The position numbers and the translations under genes are program-made. Of a DNA stretch of 64,000 bases, positions 23,913 through 37,809 are shown piece after piece. Origin of the DNA: Chiloscyllium plagiosum (taxonomy: Eukaryota); contig NC_057719.1 of assembly GCF_004010195.1 (NCBI RefSeq), positions 57,853,908-57,917,907 on the forward strand, in the 5' to 3' direction. The notes under the pieces were generated by a model, which saw only the letters and a program-made list of their open reading frames with translations, was not told the origin of the DNA and made no database searches. The stretch's first letter is position 1; each line of letters opens with the position of its first letter.

Positions 23913-26599
23913 CTAGGAATAAAAGAAAATGAATTTTAATAAATCCAGCTAAAAAAATGAGTTAAGTACAAGCTATCTCCATTCATTGTTGCCATAAAAT
24001 AGCTAAAGCATGCCAGGCAAAACTGTATTTCCAAAGACAAACATGAAGTTGAAGTTCATTGATATGTACTCATCTAGACCGAAAAAAATCAATTCATAAA
24101 GAAAATACCAATTTAAACAGACAAGAAGGTGCTAAGTGGTGGATTATGTTGGCATGGAGTCAGTATCTACTACAAGCAAAATGTATTTGCATAGGTATTG
24201 TGTAGCAGCAAGTAAACATCCTATTGTTTGCTCTCCAGATAAACAAAATCATGACTGTATAAATCTAGGCATGGAGAATTGAGATATTATTCTTTTAATT
24301 TCTAAAAATGGCTTACAGAATCCAGTAATCATAAATGAAAATGTTTATCCTTGTTTGATTTAAATTATAAAATTCATTAAAATTCTAGATTTCTTAAAGA
24401 ACAAGTATTTTGTGTAATGTCACAAAAAGTTCTGTAACTGGTCAATGAATACCTATTACAACTCAGAATTCCCATAGTCTCCAATTCAGGAGGAGGAATT
24501 AACTCATGAAATACATTTCTGGACTTAAGTCAATTGGCTAGCGGTAGTTGGCACCAAGGATTGCTAGTTGTAAAGTTCACACAACATTTTTCACACTATA
24601 ACTGAGTCGAGATGTGGCATGATGTGCTGTGGCTGCTGCTTGGCTGATACCAGCCTCCATGGACAGAGAATAACAAGGGACATGCACTGAGATCATGGTG
24701 CCCAGTGTCCAATATAGAGATCCTTTGGAGTGAGTGGAAGCTGCAGTCACCAGGTACCCACTCTGATTTCCATGTCGAGATTGCTTGATGTCTAGCTTTT
24801 TTGGCTAGGTATGATAGGAAGCTGAGCATTAGTGAGATGAGCTGGACCACTAATAGGTGTTTGTCATGCTATAAGCTTCCTTAATTCGCAATTCACTATT
24901 GACTGGCGAGGAACTTGCTATGCTGCTTGTCAAAAAATTATAAGACGATGTGAGATGTTTCCGATTTTGAACTAGGCCTCACCGGACTCTTTGTCCAATT
25001 CTGCCCCAAATCTCAACATTGCCCACATCACTTAGACATTTACAAGACTCTACCATTAATAGGCAACACTTAGAAACAAATCTTATAGATCAAAGAGAAC
25101 TGATTGTAAAACAAAATACAGAATGCTTTTGTGGAAGGAGTACCTGCAAAAATGAAAACAATTTGCATTTTTCAGATTTGTCAACTTAAAAGTGATACTT
25201 CATTATTTGCCTTCAACCTGAATCAAATCATAAATCAATACATTAATGAATTACATTTCAGACAAAGTTCAGTATATATTGAATGAAAATGCAAACATAC
25301 TAGACATCTTGAATTTGCATGTTTGTGTTTTAAATGCCAGTGTAGAGAAAATAAAATGGCATGATTGAAAAAAATAAACCAAGTCAATTTTAACACCACA
25401 ACTTTGATCCATTCTTAAAATCTTTCAATTTAGCAATAGTTGAAAGCAATTCTTCTTTAAAATAGTGAATAAAGCAGGGTTAAAACAAAGAATGCTTAGT
25501 TCCTGTAAATAGTGGGGAGGGTAAAAAGGTTCTTTTGATGAATAGGGTGAATAGATCGGTGAAAGGGGTCAGGATTGATTTGAGCCAGTTACTGTAAAGG
25601 ACAGTTAATTTTCCAGAATATTTCAAATTCACACCACTAGAAGAAGAGTATTTTGACACCAGCACAGCTGTCAAAATTGCATATATTTACTTAATTTCCG
25701 CATGATCATTATTAAATTTGATACTTAGTTCTTCAACTGATTCCTTTCAAAGTATGGAAAAGTTGAAATTAATCTGTTTCCCTAGTATGGCATTGGTCAA
25801 TAGAAACCATAATCCAAAAGGTTTGTTATTATAAATACTGCAGACAAGTACTACTTTTACTGTGGTTGGAAAGGAGCCATTTTTTGAAGAGTCTAATTAA
25901 CTCCATAAATAGTGAACTAAGGCTGACCAAAATTGTTTACAGAACCCACAGGGGAATCTGTTGGTTCCTGAAGATTTATCATTTTGCATGTTGTAAAAGG
26001 TTCCTTTGACAATTGTACTCAAAGCTTCAAATCATCCAATAATTAGTGAAATACTTTCAATGACAAACAAATTAAACATGAGTAAGATTAATTGCAGAAA
26101 TATGTTGTCTGGTTCAAAATTTGTTCACTAGCATGTCACTCAGTTTCCTATCTAAACAAATATCTATTTATTAAATATCTCACGTTCAAAAAGGATTAAC
26201 AATTGCATTGAGAAGTATAAATCTTCTGTTCACTTTATAAATTATTTATTTCTCACATGAACTGTTTATGTATTATGGTTTCTGCTACCAAACTTCCTCA
26301 TTCCTCATGTATACAATTAATCATCAACAAGCCTTACTGAGATGCAGAATGTATATAAGATTCAGAGTAGCTCATTTAACTGCCAACACAAAAGAAATAG
26401 CTAAAGCCTCCTCTTCACCAAACTGTAGATGTTTAGTGAACTGCAACAAACTTAACAGGCTAGTTTATGCAATTTGAGTTGATACATAGTGATTTTGGCA
26501 TTCAGTTAACATTGCTCTGCATATCGTCTACAAAATCATCTGTAGTACACTGCAGATTTTCAATTTCAATCTGTTCCGAGCAACAAGTTACATGCACAC

Positions 26600-28170
26600 T
26601 GAAATATGTTCATGCACGGGATGCTAAAGTCTCACAACCTGGATTGCAGTTGTCTTGGAATGCCTTTGCCATTGGACCAAGGCCATTTTCTGTTGAGCCC
26701 ATATGCAAGGCTTGTGCAAGAATTAGTCCATATTGAAAAAAATGCACAAGTATCTCCACTCATCAAACTGAAACATAGGACTTGGAACATCAGCACCTTC
26801 ATGGACAACTTTAAGAGATACAGATCTGAGTGTCACATTGACATCATAGCTCATAGTCCCTATGAAAAAAGCATGGCAGCAACATTACAATGTAAAGTGT
26901 TGGGTAATTGAGTTCAGTTTCCGTTATGCCATATATTCCCAAATAGACCATGTCACCATGCAATCCCCTCTAGACCTAGCTTTCACTAACATCTTTGTCA
27001 CTTTCCATGAGAAGTGTGTTTTAAACAGAATAACCGCTAATCTCCTAACCATTGCACGATCTGACATGTCGATGAAATATTGGTTACATTTGAATCGGCA
27101 GCTACATCTAAGAATTTCCCGACATACCATAACAGATTTCATCCTACACTCAGATTCATCTTTGAAATGCAGCAGTCAAATCAATTTCCTTGATGTGCTG
27201 GTTGAGAAATCTGTTCACTACCACCTACCACAAACCTATGAGCCCTGGTCAATAAATGCCTTGGGGCTCCTACAGTTCCATGCATTACAGCATCAACCTT
27301 AGTGGCACCTCATGTTTGGAATCATGTACTCAACATGTAAACCTGATACTGAGATAGTGCAATTCTGTGTAATGACTATACTGATCAAATCTTCCATGAA
27401 TTTGCACTGTGTATTGAACAAACTCACAGAAGGGCCATTTTCATGCCTGGAAAGTCTACTACCCTGAAAAGGGAAGACGTCTCAAAAGTTTGAGCAAAAG
27501 ATACAGTTAACTGTCTTACACTGAAACTTTGCAGTAAAGACATAAGTGATATTTGCTATCAAGCTAAAAGGATGTCCAGCCCACCATACAAATTTGTGTT
27601 AGTTTGATGCCAGGAATGTACGCCATAGTTCGCAATAACTGGCAGGTCACATCAAACAACATCTCCCTTTGACTGTCACAGTAAGCATGTGCCAACCATG
27701 CTCACCCAGTCCCTGTATGCAAAACTCAAACACAGTGTCCAACATGAGATGTGACTATACCATTCGCAACATTTACTAAATATTTAAACTCACCAAGAAT
27801 TATTCAAGAAATCAGTTTCAGATTATCAGTTGTGCTTGTAATTTGATTCACATGCTTGTGGTGTAAGGTACATTTAGTTACACAAAGGATTCTGTCCTTT
27901 TTTGGCAAAAGAACATGTCCAAATATTGTACATTTTCACTGAGGACAGAGCATAGAGACAGGAAATCCTTGTTTTATCCCCATACTGATGTCTGACTTAT
28001 CACGACTTGCCTTGTTTGAATTTTAGTCATTAGGTAAACAAGTTAAGAAGGCATGCTGCATCTCCATGCCAACCACAATACAAGCAAACAGCATTCTCTT
28101 CTCATGCTATATAAGTTATTGTTTCCTTTCTCAAGTTGGTTTTCTTGAACTGCATCCTGCTCAGTGCGTG
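26600..28170 (+). mobile_element. Ancient Penelope-type RT remnant, with an RTE-like fragment at about 26740-26860
   Basis: YSQIDHVTMQSPLDLAFTNIFVTFHEK resembles Y.Q.DGVAMGSPLGP.LANIF.GF.E; NFLDVLVEKS; TWNISTFMD resembles the RTE endonuclease start. Confidence 0.7.
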
Positions 28171-28199
28171 ACAAAATATTCTGATATCATGCCTCTTTT

Positions 28200-28516
28200 C
28201 AGCAATGCTTTAAGTACTGTACAATCAAACAATTATTGACAGTGTGTTCAGTTGTGGGACCACACTTTATGAAGAATTGTAAAGTCTTAGGTGGAGTGCA
28301 GAAGAGATTTGCCAGAATGGTGCCGGAGATGAGGGACATCAATCACATGCAGAGACTGGAGAGAATCTGGCTTTTCCTTCTTAGGACAGAGAAGAGGAGA
28401 TTTAACAGGAATGTTAAAATCATGAACAGTTGTGATAGAATAATTAAGGAGGATCTGTTCAATGGCAGAACAGTCAGTACCAGAGAGGACAGATTTAAGA
28501 CGATTGGCAAAAGATA
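28200..28516 (+). mobile_element. Old CR1 3' fragment, continuing at 30912-31100
   Basis: GVQKRFARMVPEMRDINHMQRLERI. Confidence 0.8.
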
Positions 28517-30911
28517 GAAAGAAGGGAAAAAGTGAGGACTGCAAATGCTGGAGATCAAAGTTCAAACATCTGGTGCTGGAGAAGCACAGCAGGTCAGGCA
28601 GCATCTGAGGAGCAGTAGAGTCTATGATTTGGGCATAAGCCCTTCATCAGGAAAGTTGGTAGGGGGAAGAGGCTGAGAGATAAATAGGGCGGTGGGGGTG
28701 GGGGTGGGTGCAAGCTGGGAAGGCGATAGGTAGATGCAGGGGGATGATTGTGATAGGTCGGTGCGGAGGAAGATGGAAAGGTAGGACAGGTCAAGAGTGT
28801 AGTGCTGAGTTGGAGGGTTGGATCTGCAATGAGGTGGGGGGAGGGAAGTATAGGAAACTAGTGATGTTGATATTGATGTTGTGCAGTTGAGAGGTTCCAA
28901 GGTAGAAGATGAAGCATTCTTCCTCTAGTCGTCAGGAGGCTAAGATTTGGCGGTGGAGGAGGCCCAGGACTTGCATGTCCTTGGCAGAGTGGGAGGGCCA
29001 GTTGAAGTGGTCGGCCACAGCATGGTGGGGTTGTTTGGTGCATGTGTCCCAGAGACATTCCCTAAAATTTTCTGCAACCTGGCATCCTGCCTCCCTGATG
29101 TAGAGGAGACCACATTGAGAGCAACAGACACAAACCTGACTGGCCCGGCCGAACTATTGTCTCAGCCTGCTTGTGCCCCACTGAACTTATCTCCTCATAC
29201 GCTTCATACTGTCCTGTCCCCCTTGGTCCAGGAACGTCCCACGTGCATTCAGGACACTACACATGCCCTCGGTCTCCTCCATGGCTTTCGTTTCCCTGGC
29301 CCCCAACGTCTAATCTTCACAATGGACATCCAGTCCCTATACACATCCATCCTCCATGGCAAAAGCCTTCAAGCCAGCCATTTCTTCCTCTCCCACCAAC
29401 ACAACCAGTCCCTCTCCACCAACACACTCATTCAATTTGTGGTACTGGTCCTCAACCTCAAACATTCTCCTTCAAATACTCCTACTTCCTTCAGACCAAA
29501 GGGGTAGACATGAGCACCCACATGGGGCCCAGATATGCCTGCCTCTTCATTGGATATGTGGAACAGTCCATCTTTGGCAGTTACACTGGCATCATTCTCC
29601 ACCTTTTCCTCTGCTACATTGATGACTGTATCGGAGCCATCTCATGCTCCCATAGGAGGTTGAACAGTTCATCAACTTCACTAACACCTTCCACCCTGAC
29701 CTTAAGTTCAGCTGAACCATCTTGGACACCTCCCTCTCATTCCTGGACCTCTCCATCCCCATCACCGCCAACTGATTCAACCTGGAAATTTATTCCAAAC
29801 CCACCAACTCCCACAGCTGCTTTGACTATACCTCCTCCCATCCCCCCCCATAAAAATGCAATCCCTTACTTGCATTTCCTCCGCCACTGCCATATCTGTT
29901 CCAAGGAGGAGCAATTCCACTCCAGAACATCCCAGATGGCCTCCTATTTCAAGAACTGCAATTTCCCCACCCAAGTGATCAACAATGCCCTCCAGCGCTT
30001 CTCTTCCACTTCCCTGAACCCCATTATCTTTAGCCATTTCTGCCACCTACAATCAGACTCCATCACCACAGATATATTTCCCTCCCCACCCCTATCTGCG
30101 TTCTGCAGAGACCATTCCCTATGTGACTCCCTCATGATGTCCACATCTTCCACTAGCACACCCTCCACTCCTGGCACCTTCTCTTGTCACCACAGGAGGT
30201 GTAAAACTTGCAACCACACCTCCTTCCTCACCTCCATCCAAGGTACCAAAGGATCCTTTCACATCCAACAGAGATTTTCTTACACATCCAAACACCTCAT
30301 CTACTGTGTCTGTTGCTCTTGGTGTGGTCTCCTCTACATTGGGGAGACAGGACGCCAACTTGCGAAATGTTTCAGGGAACATCTCTAAGACACATACACC
30401 AAACAACCCCACTTCCTTGTGGCTGACCACTTCAACTCCCCCTCCCATTCCACCAAGGACATGCAAGTCCTGGGCTGCCTCCATTGCCAAATCCAAGCCA
30501 CCTGAAGACTGGAGGAAGAACGTCTCATCTTCTACCTTGGGACCCTTCAACCACACAACATCAACATCGACTTCACTAGTTTCCTGATCTCTTCTCCTCC
30601 CACCTCAGCCCAGATCCAACCCTCCAACTCGATACTGCCCTCTTGACCTACTTGTCCATCTTCCTTCCCACCAACTGCTCCACCCTCCCCACTGCTCTAT
30701 CACAATCACCCCCCACCTGCATCGACCTTTCATCTTCCCAGCTACCTTCTCCCCGGCCCTACCCCAACCGTCCTATTTATCTCTCAGCCCCCTTCACCCC
30801 ACTACCTCCACCCCCACAGTCCTGATGAAGAGCTTATACCCAAAACGTCCATTCCCATGGTACTCAGATGCAGCCTGACCTGTTGTGCTTTTCGAGTGCA
30901 ACACCTTTCGA
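28517..30911 (+). mobile_element. Penelope-like retroelement with inverted 5' segment; RT plus GIY-YIG pseudogene
   Basis: Plus strand 29135-30911: LIFTMDIQSLYTSI, QTKGVDMSTHMGPRYACLF, YIDDCIG, IYCVCCSWCGLLYIGETGRQL, with frameshifts. 28517-29134 is an inverted copy of the 3' end. TSD caaaagata at 28508-28516 and 30912-30920. Confidence 0.93.
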
Positions 30912-32049
30912 CAAAAGATATATAGAGACCAAAATGAAGAAATAACTTTAACAATATTGTAATTTGGAGTGCTCAGCCTGAAATATTGTTGAGAGCATAT
31001 TCAATGGTAACATTCAAAAGGAGCTTTATGAAACATCAAGTGAAAACTATTTGTGAAGCTTTGGGAAAAAAGCAGGACAATAGAAATAGGTGGATAAATG
31101 ACACAAGATGAGTCTAATATCCTTCCCACTTATGTACTTGATAAAGCAGCTAACTCACTGCTTTCCTCCCTCAGCTTCTGCACCGAGCAGATGATTTCAA
31201 TTGCCATCTCAATCGATCATGCTTCCTTTCCTCTGATTTTACTGCCCGTTTATCCTCCCTACAACTCTCTGGACACAGAAATTCCAAATCCTTATTTATC
31301 ACCATTCCCTCAATCATGTCACTAAAGGTGATCTCATTATTTCCATAAAACTAATCATAGATAAGGCTATCCTTGATGTTACTTACTGGTAGTCATACAA
31401 TCCTCCAATCACACCAACACACAAATGGCACAAAATATGTTTCCACGCTCTGCAACAACATTTGGCATCCCACCAAATGCCTCTGGAAATCCAAGCACAA
31501 CATTTCTAGAGGACACACTCATCCAAAGCATGTTGTCCCTTCGAAGAACTCCAATAAAACAGCCAGACATTATTTTCCCCGACAAAACATTCCAACTTCT
31601 CCTGACCACCTCAAGCTCCTTCAAGTACACAGTCACTATTCCTCTAACAATCGATTCAAAAATCATATTAAATATCTATTTAATTCTGTTCATTTTAAAT
31701 GTAAATGTTCTGTTCTCTCCCAAATTGTCCTAAGGTGCAGCATCTGTAGGTTTTATTTTTGTCTCTTAAGTTAGTAGTGGTCAGCCAAATGTTTGAAATG
31801 TTGTAGTCTGCCTTGGATAGGTGCAGTCAGTGATGCTAGGAAGGGGAGTCCCAAGATTTGACTCAGAACCAGTTGAGGAAAAGCAATGCAGTTCTAAGTA
31901 GTCATTGATAGTGTAGAAATTGAGTCTTGCTGAATGAAGAGACACCCCGTTGCAGAGGGTTCAAATATATAATGTGGGGGGTAGTGTGTTGGTGTGGTTG
32001 GAGGATTGGCTGACTGGAAGTATATAATATCAAGGATAGACTTGTCTGA

Positions 32050-33047
32050 TTGATTAGAGTCTAGATTAGAGTGGTGCTGGAAAAGCACAGCAGGTCAGGC
32101 AGCATCCGAGGAGCAGAAAAATTCAGGCAAAATCTACAAGCCTGACCACCCTGGCCGACCCATTGTCTCAGGCTGCTCCTGCCCCACTGAACTCATCTCC
32201 ACTGAATTCATCTCCACCTACCTCGACACTGTCCTATTCCCCCTAGTCCAGGAACTTAAAAACAAGGACAGCACCTCCGGTCCTCACCTTCCACCCTACC
32301 AACCTTCATATAAACTGCATCATCCGCCGACATTTCCGCCACTTCCAAACGGACCTCACCACCACGGATATATTTCCCTCCCCACTCCTTTCCACTTTCT
32401 GCAAAGATCATTCCCTTCGTAACTACCTGGTCAGGTCCATGCCCCCCCCCCAACAACCCACCCTCCCCTCCTGGTACCTTCCCCTGCCACCACAGGAATN
32501 NNNNNNNNNNNNNNNNNNNNNNNNNNNNNNNNNNNNNNNNNNNNNNNNNNNNNNNNNNNNNNNNNNNNNNNNNNNNNNNNNNNNNNNNNNNNNNNNNNNN
32601 NNNNNNNNNNNNNNNNNNNNNNNNNNNNNNNNNNNNNNNNNNNNNNNNNNNNNNNNNNNNNNNNNNNNNNNNNNNNNNNNNNNNNNNNNNNNNNNNNNNN
32701 NNNNNNNNNNNNNNNNNNNNNNNNNNNNNNNNNNNNNNNNNNNNNNNNNNNNNNNNNNNNNNNNNNNNNNNNNNNNNNNNNNNNNNNNNNNNNNNNNNNN
32801 NNNNNNNNNNNNNNNNNNNNNNNNNNNNNNNNNNNNNNNNNNNNNNNNNNNNNNNNNNNNNNNNNNNNNNNNNNNNNNNNNNNNNNNNNNNNNNNNNNNN
32901 NNGCTCCCTGTCTTCATTCCTGATGAAGGGCTTTTGCTTGAAACATTGATTTTCCTGCTCCTCGGATGCCGCCTGACCTGCTGTGCTTTTCCATCATCAT
33001 TCTAATCTAGACTCTGATCTCCAGCATCTGTAGTCCTCACTTTTGCC
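32050..33047 (+). mobile_element. Internally deleted Penelope-like element spanning an assembly gap
   Basis: Inverted terminal arm 32050-32125; KIYKPDHPGRPIVSGCSCPTELIS; terminal repeat with ctgatgaagggcttttgcttgaaacatt at 32920-32947. Confidence 0.85.
32500..32902. other. Assembly gap (N run)
   Basis: Run of n. Confidence 1.
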
Positions 33048-33379
33048 TTATCTGTGATTGACATGATGGAAATAATGAAATCACTTCTGGTGACATGGCC
33101 AAAGGGATGACGATGAATAAGGATTTGTTGTTAAAGCTTTGCATTTTGTAATCATCAGGATAGAATTGCAAAAATACTGAAGCTCAAACTGACCAATAAT
33201 TTATACTTCATGAGAAGGGGGTGCTGATTGGTAGAGTTTCACCAAAGGCATGTGATAGAACTTTAATGAACATGCTCATCATCGTGTTTCATAGCAGGTA
33301 CCTCATGGTATATAGTAGTCAATATCCATCTTACTGAGCTATATACCCATGCAGTAGGACACACAAAGAAAAATCTACA

Positions 33380-33964
33380 TGTGAGAGGTGTATTTTGTCC
33401 TTTTTTTGAAGAGAGATTTTGAACCATAGGTGATGAGCTGTCTCTTCCAAGCTAAAAGTAAACTGCTTGTGAGGCCTTGGGGTTTTTAAAATATAAGTTG
33501 GAACAATAATAGCAGTATGAAGGGTGGAGTCAGGCTCCCACTGAATAAGTGCTTTTAGTAGTGGTTGGGGTTTTGAAGCTGGTTGTGGAAGGTGCTACAT
33601 CCCTCTCTGTTGCAGCTGAAAGCTTAGGTTCGTGCTCTCTGCTGCCAGAATCACATTTGAAACAATCTGTTTTACTGACTATGCCTATGCATTTATGGGA
33701 TGTCATTGTATTAGAACAATTGCTGTTTAGTAGTTAAATGATGTATCATTCTGTTAAGTTTTCCAATACAGTTAAAGTTATACCAATTCTTCTTTCTTTT
33801 ATTTGTACATTAACGGTAGGGTAAGAATAAAGTGTGTTCTGCTTCAAGCCGAATAGTTTAATCTATGCAACACAACACCTTACACTTGCCTTTAAACAGA
33901 TAAAAGTTAGGGTGTAGGCTATTGCCTTGATAAATTTAAAGGGGGTTTGGTTTGCTCCATAACA
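33380..33964 (+). mobile_element. Solo LTR
   Basis: TGT...ACA termini, exact 4-bp TSD taca (33376-33379 and 33965-33968), internal AATAAA near 33826. Confidence 0.75.
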
Positions 33965-34439
33965 TACAGTATATCATAATTGATAACGATCCCAGGCACA
34001 CAAGTGTCATTGATTGTAGCACGCATGTGCACCTATCATGCATTGGAAGAAAAATTCAATAAATTCTTCAGCGCTATGTGACCCATGTCTCATCCTTATA
34101 TATTGGGAGTGGCAGATCATCAGTATCTCATACGACTTCGTGTCATGGTGACAGTGCAGAAATAAAACTAGTAACTGCTTATAAAAGAATCCTCACTGAA
34201 GATTAGACAGCCCTAGAACATAAAGCAATAACTTTGCTGAGTACTTGCCTCTAAATTAGAAGAGCCAGAAAGCAAACTTACCTCCCCTCTATTTAAAGTT
34301 CAGGACATACTGAGTTAGAAACTATCCATCTCTACTCATAAAACAAAAAGATGACATTTCAGCCAGTTTCCTGAAATAAAAGCTAAGATGCACCAGTCAA
34401 ATTTCTCTGCAGAAAAGACAATGAGTCCCGATGGTTAGG

Positions 34440-35520
34440 TTACCTCCCCAGTGCTAAAGTTAAGGGCATCTCTTCTGGGCTGGAAAAACTTGCAGTGCGA
34501 GTGAAAAGATCCAGTTGTGGGTGGTTGTAAAAGTACCAACAGCAAGGGAAAGTCTAGAAAAGAGGTTCTGCCTTGAGATTATGAGCCGTTCAGGGTGAAA
34601 TGAAAAAGCAGAGGGTGATCTGAGCCATGTGAAAATTGACATTTTGTAAAATAAGATTAGAGGGTAAATGCATGGCACAGTGGGAGAAATGGATTCCAAT
34701 TCATGAGGCATTAGCTCCACTGGAAAAAGAGAGAACTATTCCCTTGGTACAGGCTTTATTTGAACTATGCTGGGACCAGTGTCCTGTTGAATTCTATAAC
34801 AACAATTGTAGACTGCGCTTTAAAATAATTAGGGGGTGGGTGGGGATTCAACTGAAGGGAAGTTTTAAAAAATCAAAAAACAAAGTGGAGATACAAGGTG
34901 GTGAAGAGGTGAGAAATAATCAAAGTATGACAGAAAGGGGCTGAAAAAAACCAGAAAGATGCAACAGGAATTAAAAGCAGAATAAATAATAATGGTAAAA
35001 TCTCAAAGTTTAAGGTTCGTTACCTGAATATACACAGCACTTGTAACAAGATAGAAGGGTTTGCAGTGCAAATAGAAATAAATGAATATGACTTGATGGC
35101 TATTGCATAGTTATAAGGTGACGAAGAGTGAGAACTGAATATTCAAGAGTATTTGACTTTTGAAAGTACAGGCAATAAGGAAAAAGTGGAGAGGTGGCTT
35201 TGTTCACAAACAAAGGCATAAGTGCAGGGGTGAGTAGGGATAAAGTTGCCAGTAGGACTCATCGACTCGCCTCAAAGTGTTGTCTCACTGCGAGACAAAG
35301 TATAAATTGGGAAACAATGTAGACATGTGAGTAGACATCATTACCATAATTTGCATATTGACTCAGATTGGCAAAGCTGACGTTGAAGATGAATTTCCAG
35401 AGCTCACCCACCGGAGATTGTTTCTTAGAGTTTTATGTTGACTTAAGCCCTGATCTCGTTCAATAGCAGAGCAGATTTGATGGGCTGATTGACCTAATTC
35501 TGCTCCTATGTCTTATGGCC
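34440..35520 (+). mobile_element. Old internally deleted CR1 (ORF1 remnant, APE endonuclease start, 3' end)
   Basis: YLNIHSTCNKIEGFAVQIEINEYDLMAI resembles the CR1 endonuclease N-terminus; tail aattctgctcctatgtcttatgg. Confidence 0.7.
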
Positions 35521-37229
35521 TTAGGGTCTAGCTTGAATTGAAATTAATATTGCAAAAATTACATCATTTCTGCTCAAGCAAGCAGCTTTAAAATAAACTT
35601 TAACAAATACGTCAAGATTTCAATAACTAATGATCACATAATTCTGATCATATCCAGGATTTTAATTTTATTTGTACTGTATTTAAAATCTGAAGATGAA
35701 TATTGCAACTTGTCTCTAGTTACTCCTTTTTGATATTTAGCCTATAAAAATCTTTGATTTGTGTATAAAAGGATATTCTGTACAATCCAGCTATTTACTC
35801 TCATAATAGTTAACACATCAAACAGTGCATAAACAAACCTGATTCATATATAAGTGGAGTTGATTATATTTAGTTTTGAAATTGTTTAAGTTTTTACAGT
35901 AACAAAAATCAATTCTTTGATGTAGACTATAATCTTAACTTGTGCAGATTGACTTTCTGTTTATTATGTAAAGTAGTTCTCATATTTACTTTCTACAACT
36001 TTTGTACTACAGCATAGCATAAATGAAAATGTCACAATTTGTTTTCATTAAACTAAAAGGGGGGTGTTATGTTGACATAGAAGTAAAAGAGGAGATTTAG
36101 AAATTACGTCAATATTTGTTAAATAATAAATAATGCACCTGCATATACTATCCAATTCTATGTATATTTAACGCTTACCCACATCATGTAGGACTGATCC
36201 CTTGCAAATTTCTGAAGTGAGCCCAAATAATGAGTCAGTGCAGGCTGTAGCCCATGTTGAATCTGGTGCTTATGAGGCATCAAGATGATATGGGGGAAGC
36301 AAGAAATGGTGCATATCAGCAGTTCAATAGGTAAAATTTAAAGGAATGTGGCCATTTGAAGGTAAAAAGCAGAATAGGAGGTAAAAAAACTGTTGCAATT
36401 TTTTACTTATACAAATTAAGCTTTTTAAGCTGGGACAAAAAAATGTGAAGTCAGGAAACAGAAAATTCAGGCAAACGATGCAGTAGAGCAGCATCTGATC
36501 TCCTTGTTTGATGGCTAATTAAATACAGATGCTCCTACATTTTGTGAAGAGTTTCCCGTTTGACATCCTAAGGCACTTTCTAGAAGGCAGCAGAGTGTAC
36601 AGCTGTCAGAAGATATAGATATGGCCCATATCTTAACTAACAGTACCGTTTAACAGATAGTTGACCCAAGTTTGCATATCACAAAATTTTATCTTTCAAT
36701 CTACTTAATATTTAACTTAATATTTGCTGTAACATGCTAAACTCTCACACAAGCTGACAGGTCTGAATTCATAATGTATGATCAATTCGGAAACACATTC
36801 AAGGTACAGCTAATGCTCTTGTCACATTCACACCGAATGGCACTTAGCAAAGTTAATGCCAGAGAAATGCAATTCAGACACCGACTTTCGGATATTCAGA
36901 TGGAAAAACACATCTGTTCTTCATCTAAAATTGAACTCCATTTACACATACATGACAGTGAGCACCACTAATCTTGCCATTAGTTTGATGGCAAATGCTG
37001 CCTCAAATTTATTCCTCTTTTAAATTTTGTTGATAAAATATTTACACTTAAATTGACAAATATAAAAGAAATTTAAAGAGAGGTGGTCTACTCTTATCAT
37101 TCACCAAACTTTGATACTCAATATTATGAATCAAATTTAACTTTTAATGGCAGGCAGATTGGTGAGGGTGAGATTAAATTTGTTTTTCTCCCTATACTTC
37201 CATCACCATCTAATGCAAACCCAGTTTAG

Positions 37230-37790
37230 CAAGGATTTTAGGACTTGACCAGTTTGATCACTAGTGCTACTGCTAAGCCACTCTTTGTGGTGGACACTGA
37301 AATTGCCCACCCAGCATATATTCTGCACCCTTGTTATCCTCAGGACTTCCTCCAAGTAGTGCTGAACATATAGAACATGGATTCATCAGCCAAGGCGGGG
37401 AGGAGGATGGGAATCAGCAGATTTCCTTGCCCATGTTTGACCAGAGTCAGTGTTGAGGACTCCAAGAAAATTCCCTTCTGACCGTATATCATTGTGCCTC
37501 CACCTCTGCTGGGTATGCCCCACCAACAGGACAAACCAAGGGATGGTAATGGTAATGTCTGAGGCAATGTCTGTAAGAAATGATACTGAGAGTATGATTA
37601 TATTAGGCTGTTGCGTAACTAGTTCAGGAGAGAGCTCTCCTGATTTTGGGAACTAGCCTCAAGAAGGATTTCATTGAAAGGCACAAGCCCCAAAATGAGG
37701 ACGACTTTGCAGCTCAGCAGGGTGTCATTTGCCATTGTTGTTTCCAATGTCTGGGTCAATATGAAATGGACTGTTTAGTTCATTCCTTTT
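37230..37790 (-). mobile_element. LINE endonuclease-region fragment
   Basis: aaattgcccacccagcatatattctg...atttccttgcccatgtttgacc...ctctcctgattttgg, typical of the shark CR1-like family in this window. Confidence 0.55.
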
Positions 37791-37809
37791 TGAGACTTGC
37801 AGCAATTGC

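Noticed and set aside
29171..30388. 405-aa ORF as a host gene
   Set aside because: It is a mosaic of in-frame and out-of-frame segments of a frameshifted Penelope RT/GIY-YIG.
31330..31730. Overlapping 85-133 aa ORFs
   Set aside because: No recognisable domain; likely a decayed retroelement fragment.
32423..33005. Long ORFs containing X
   Set aside because: Artefacts of the N gap.
36175..36226. Minus-strand GLTSEICKGSVLHDVGK with a gtaag donor, superficially like SLC25A21 exon 2 (GLVEICLMHPLDVVKT)
   Set aside because: It lacks the invariant P of the PxDxxK signature, has the wrong spacing and has no suitable acceptor; likely chance.
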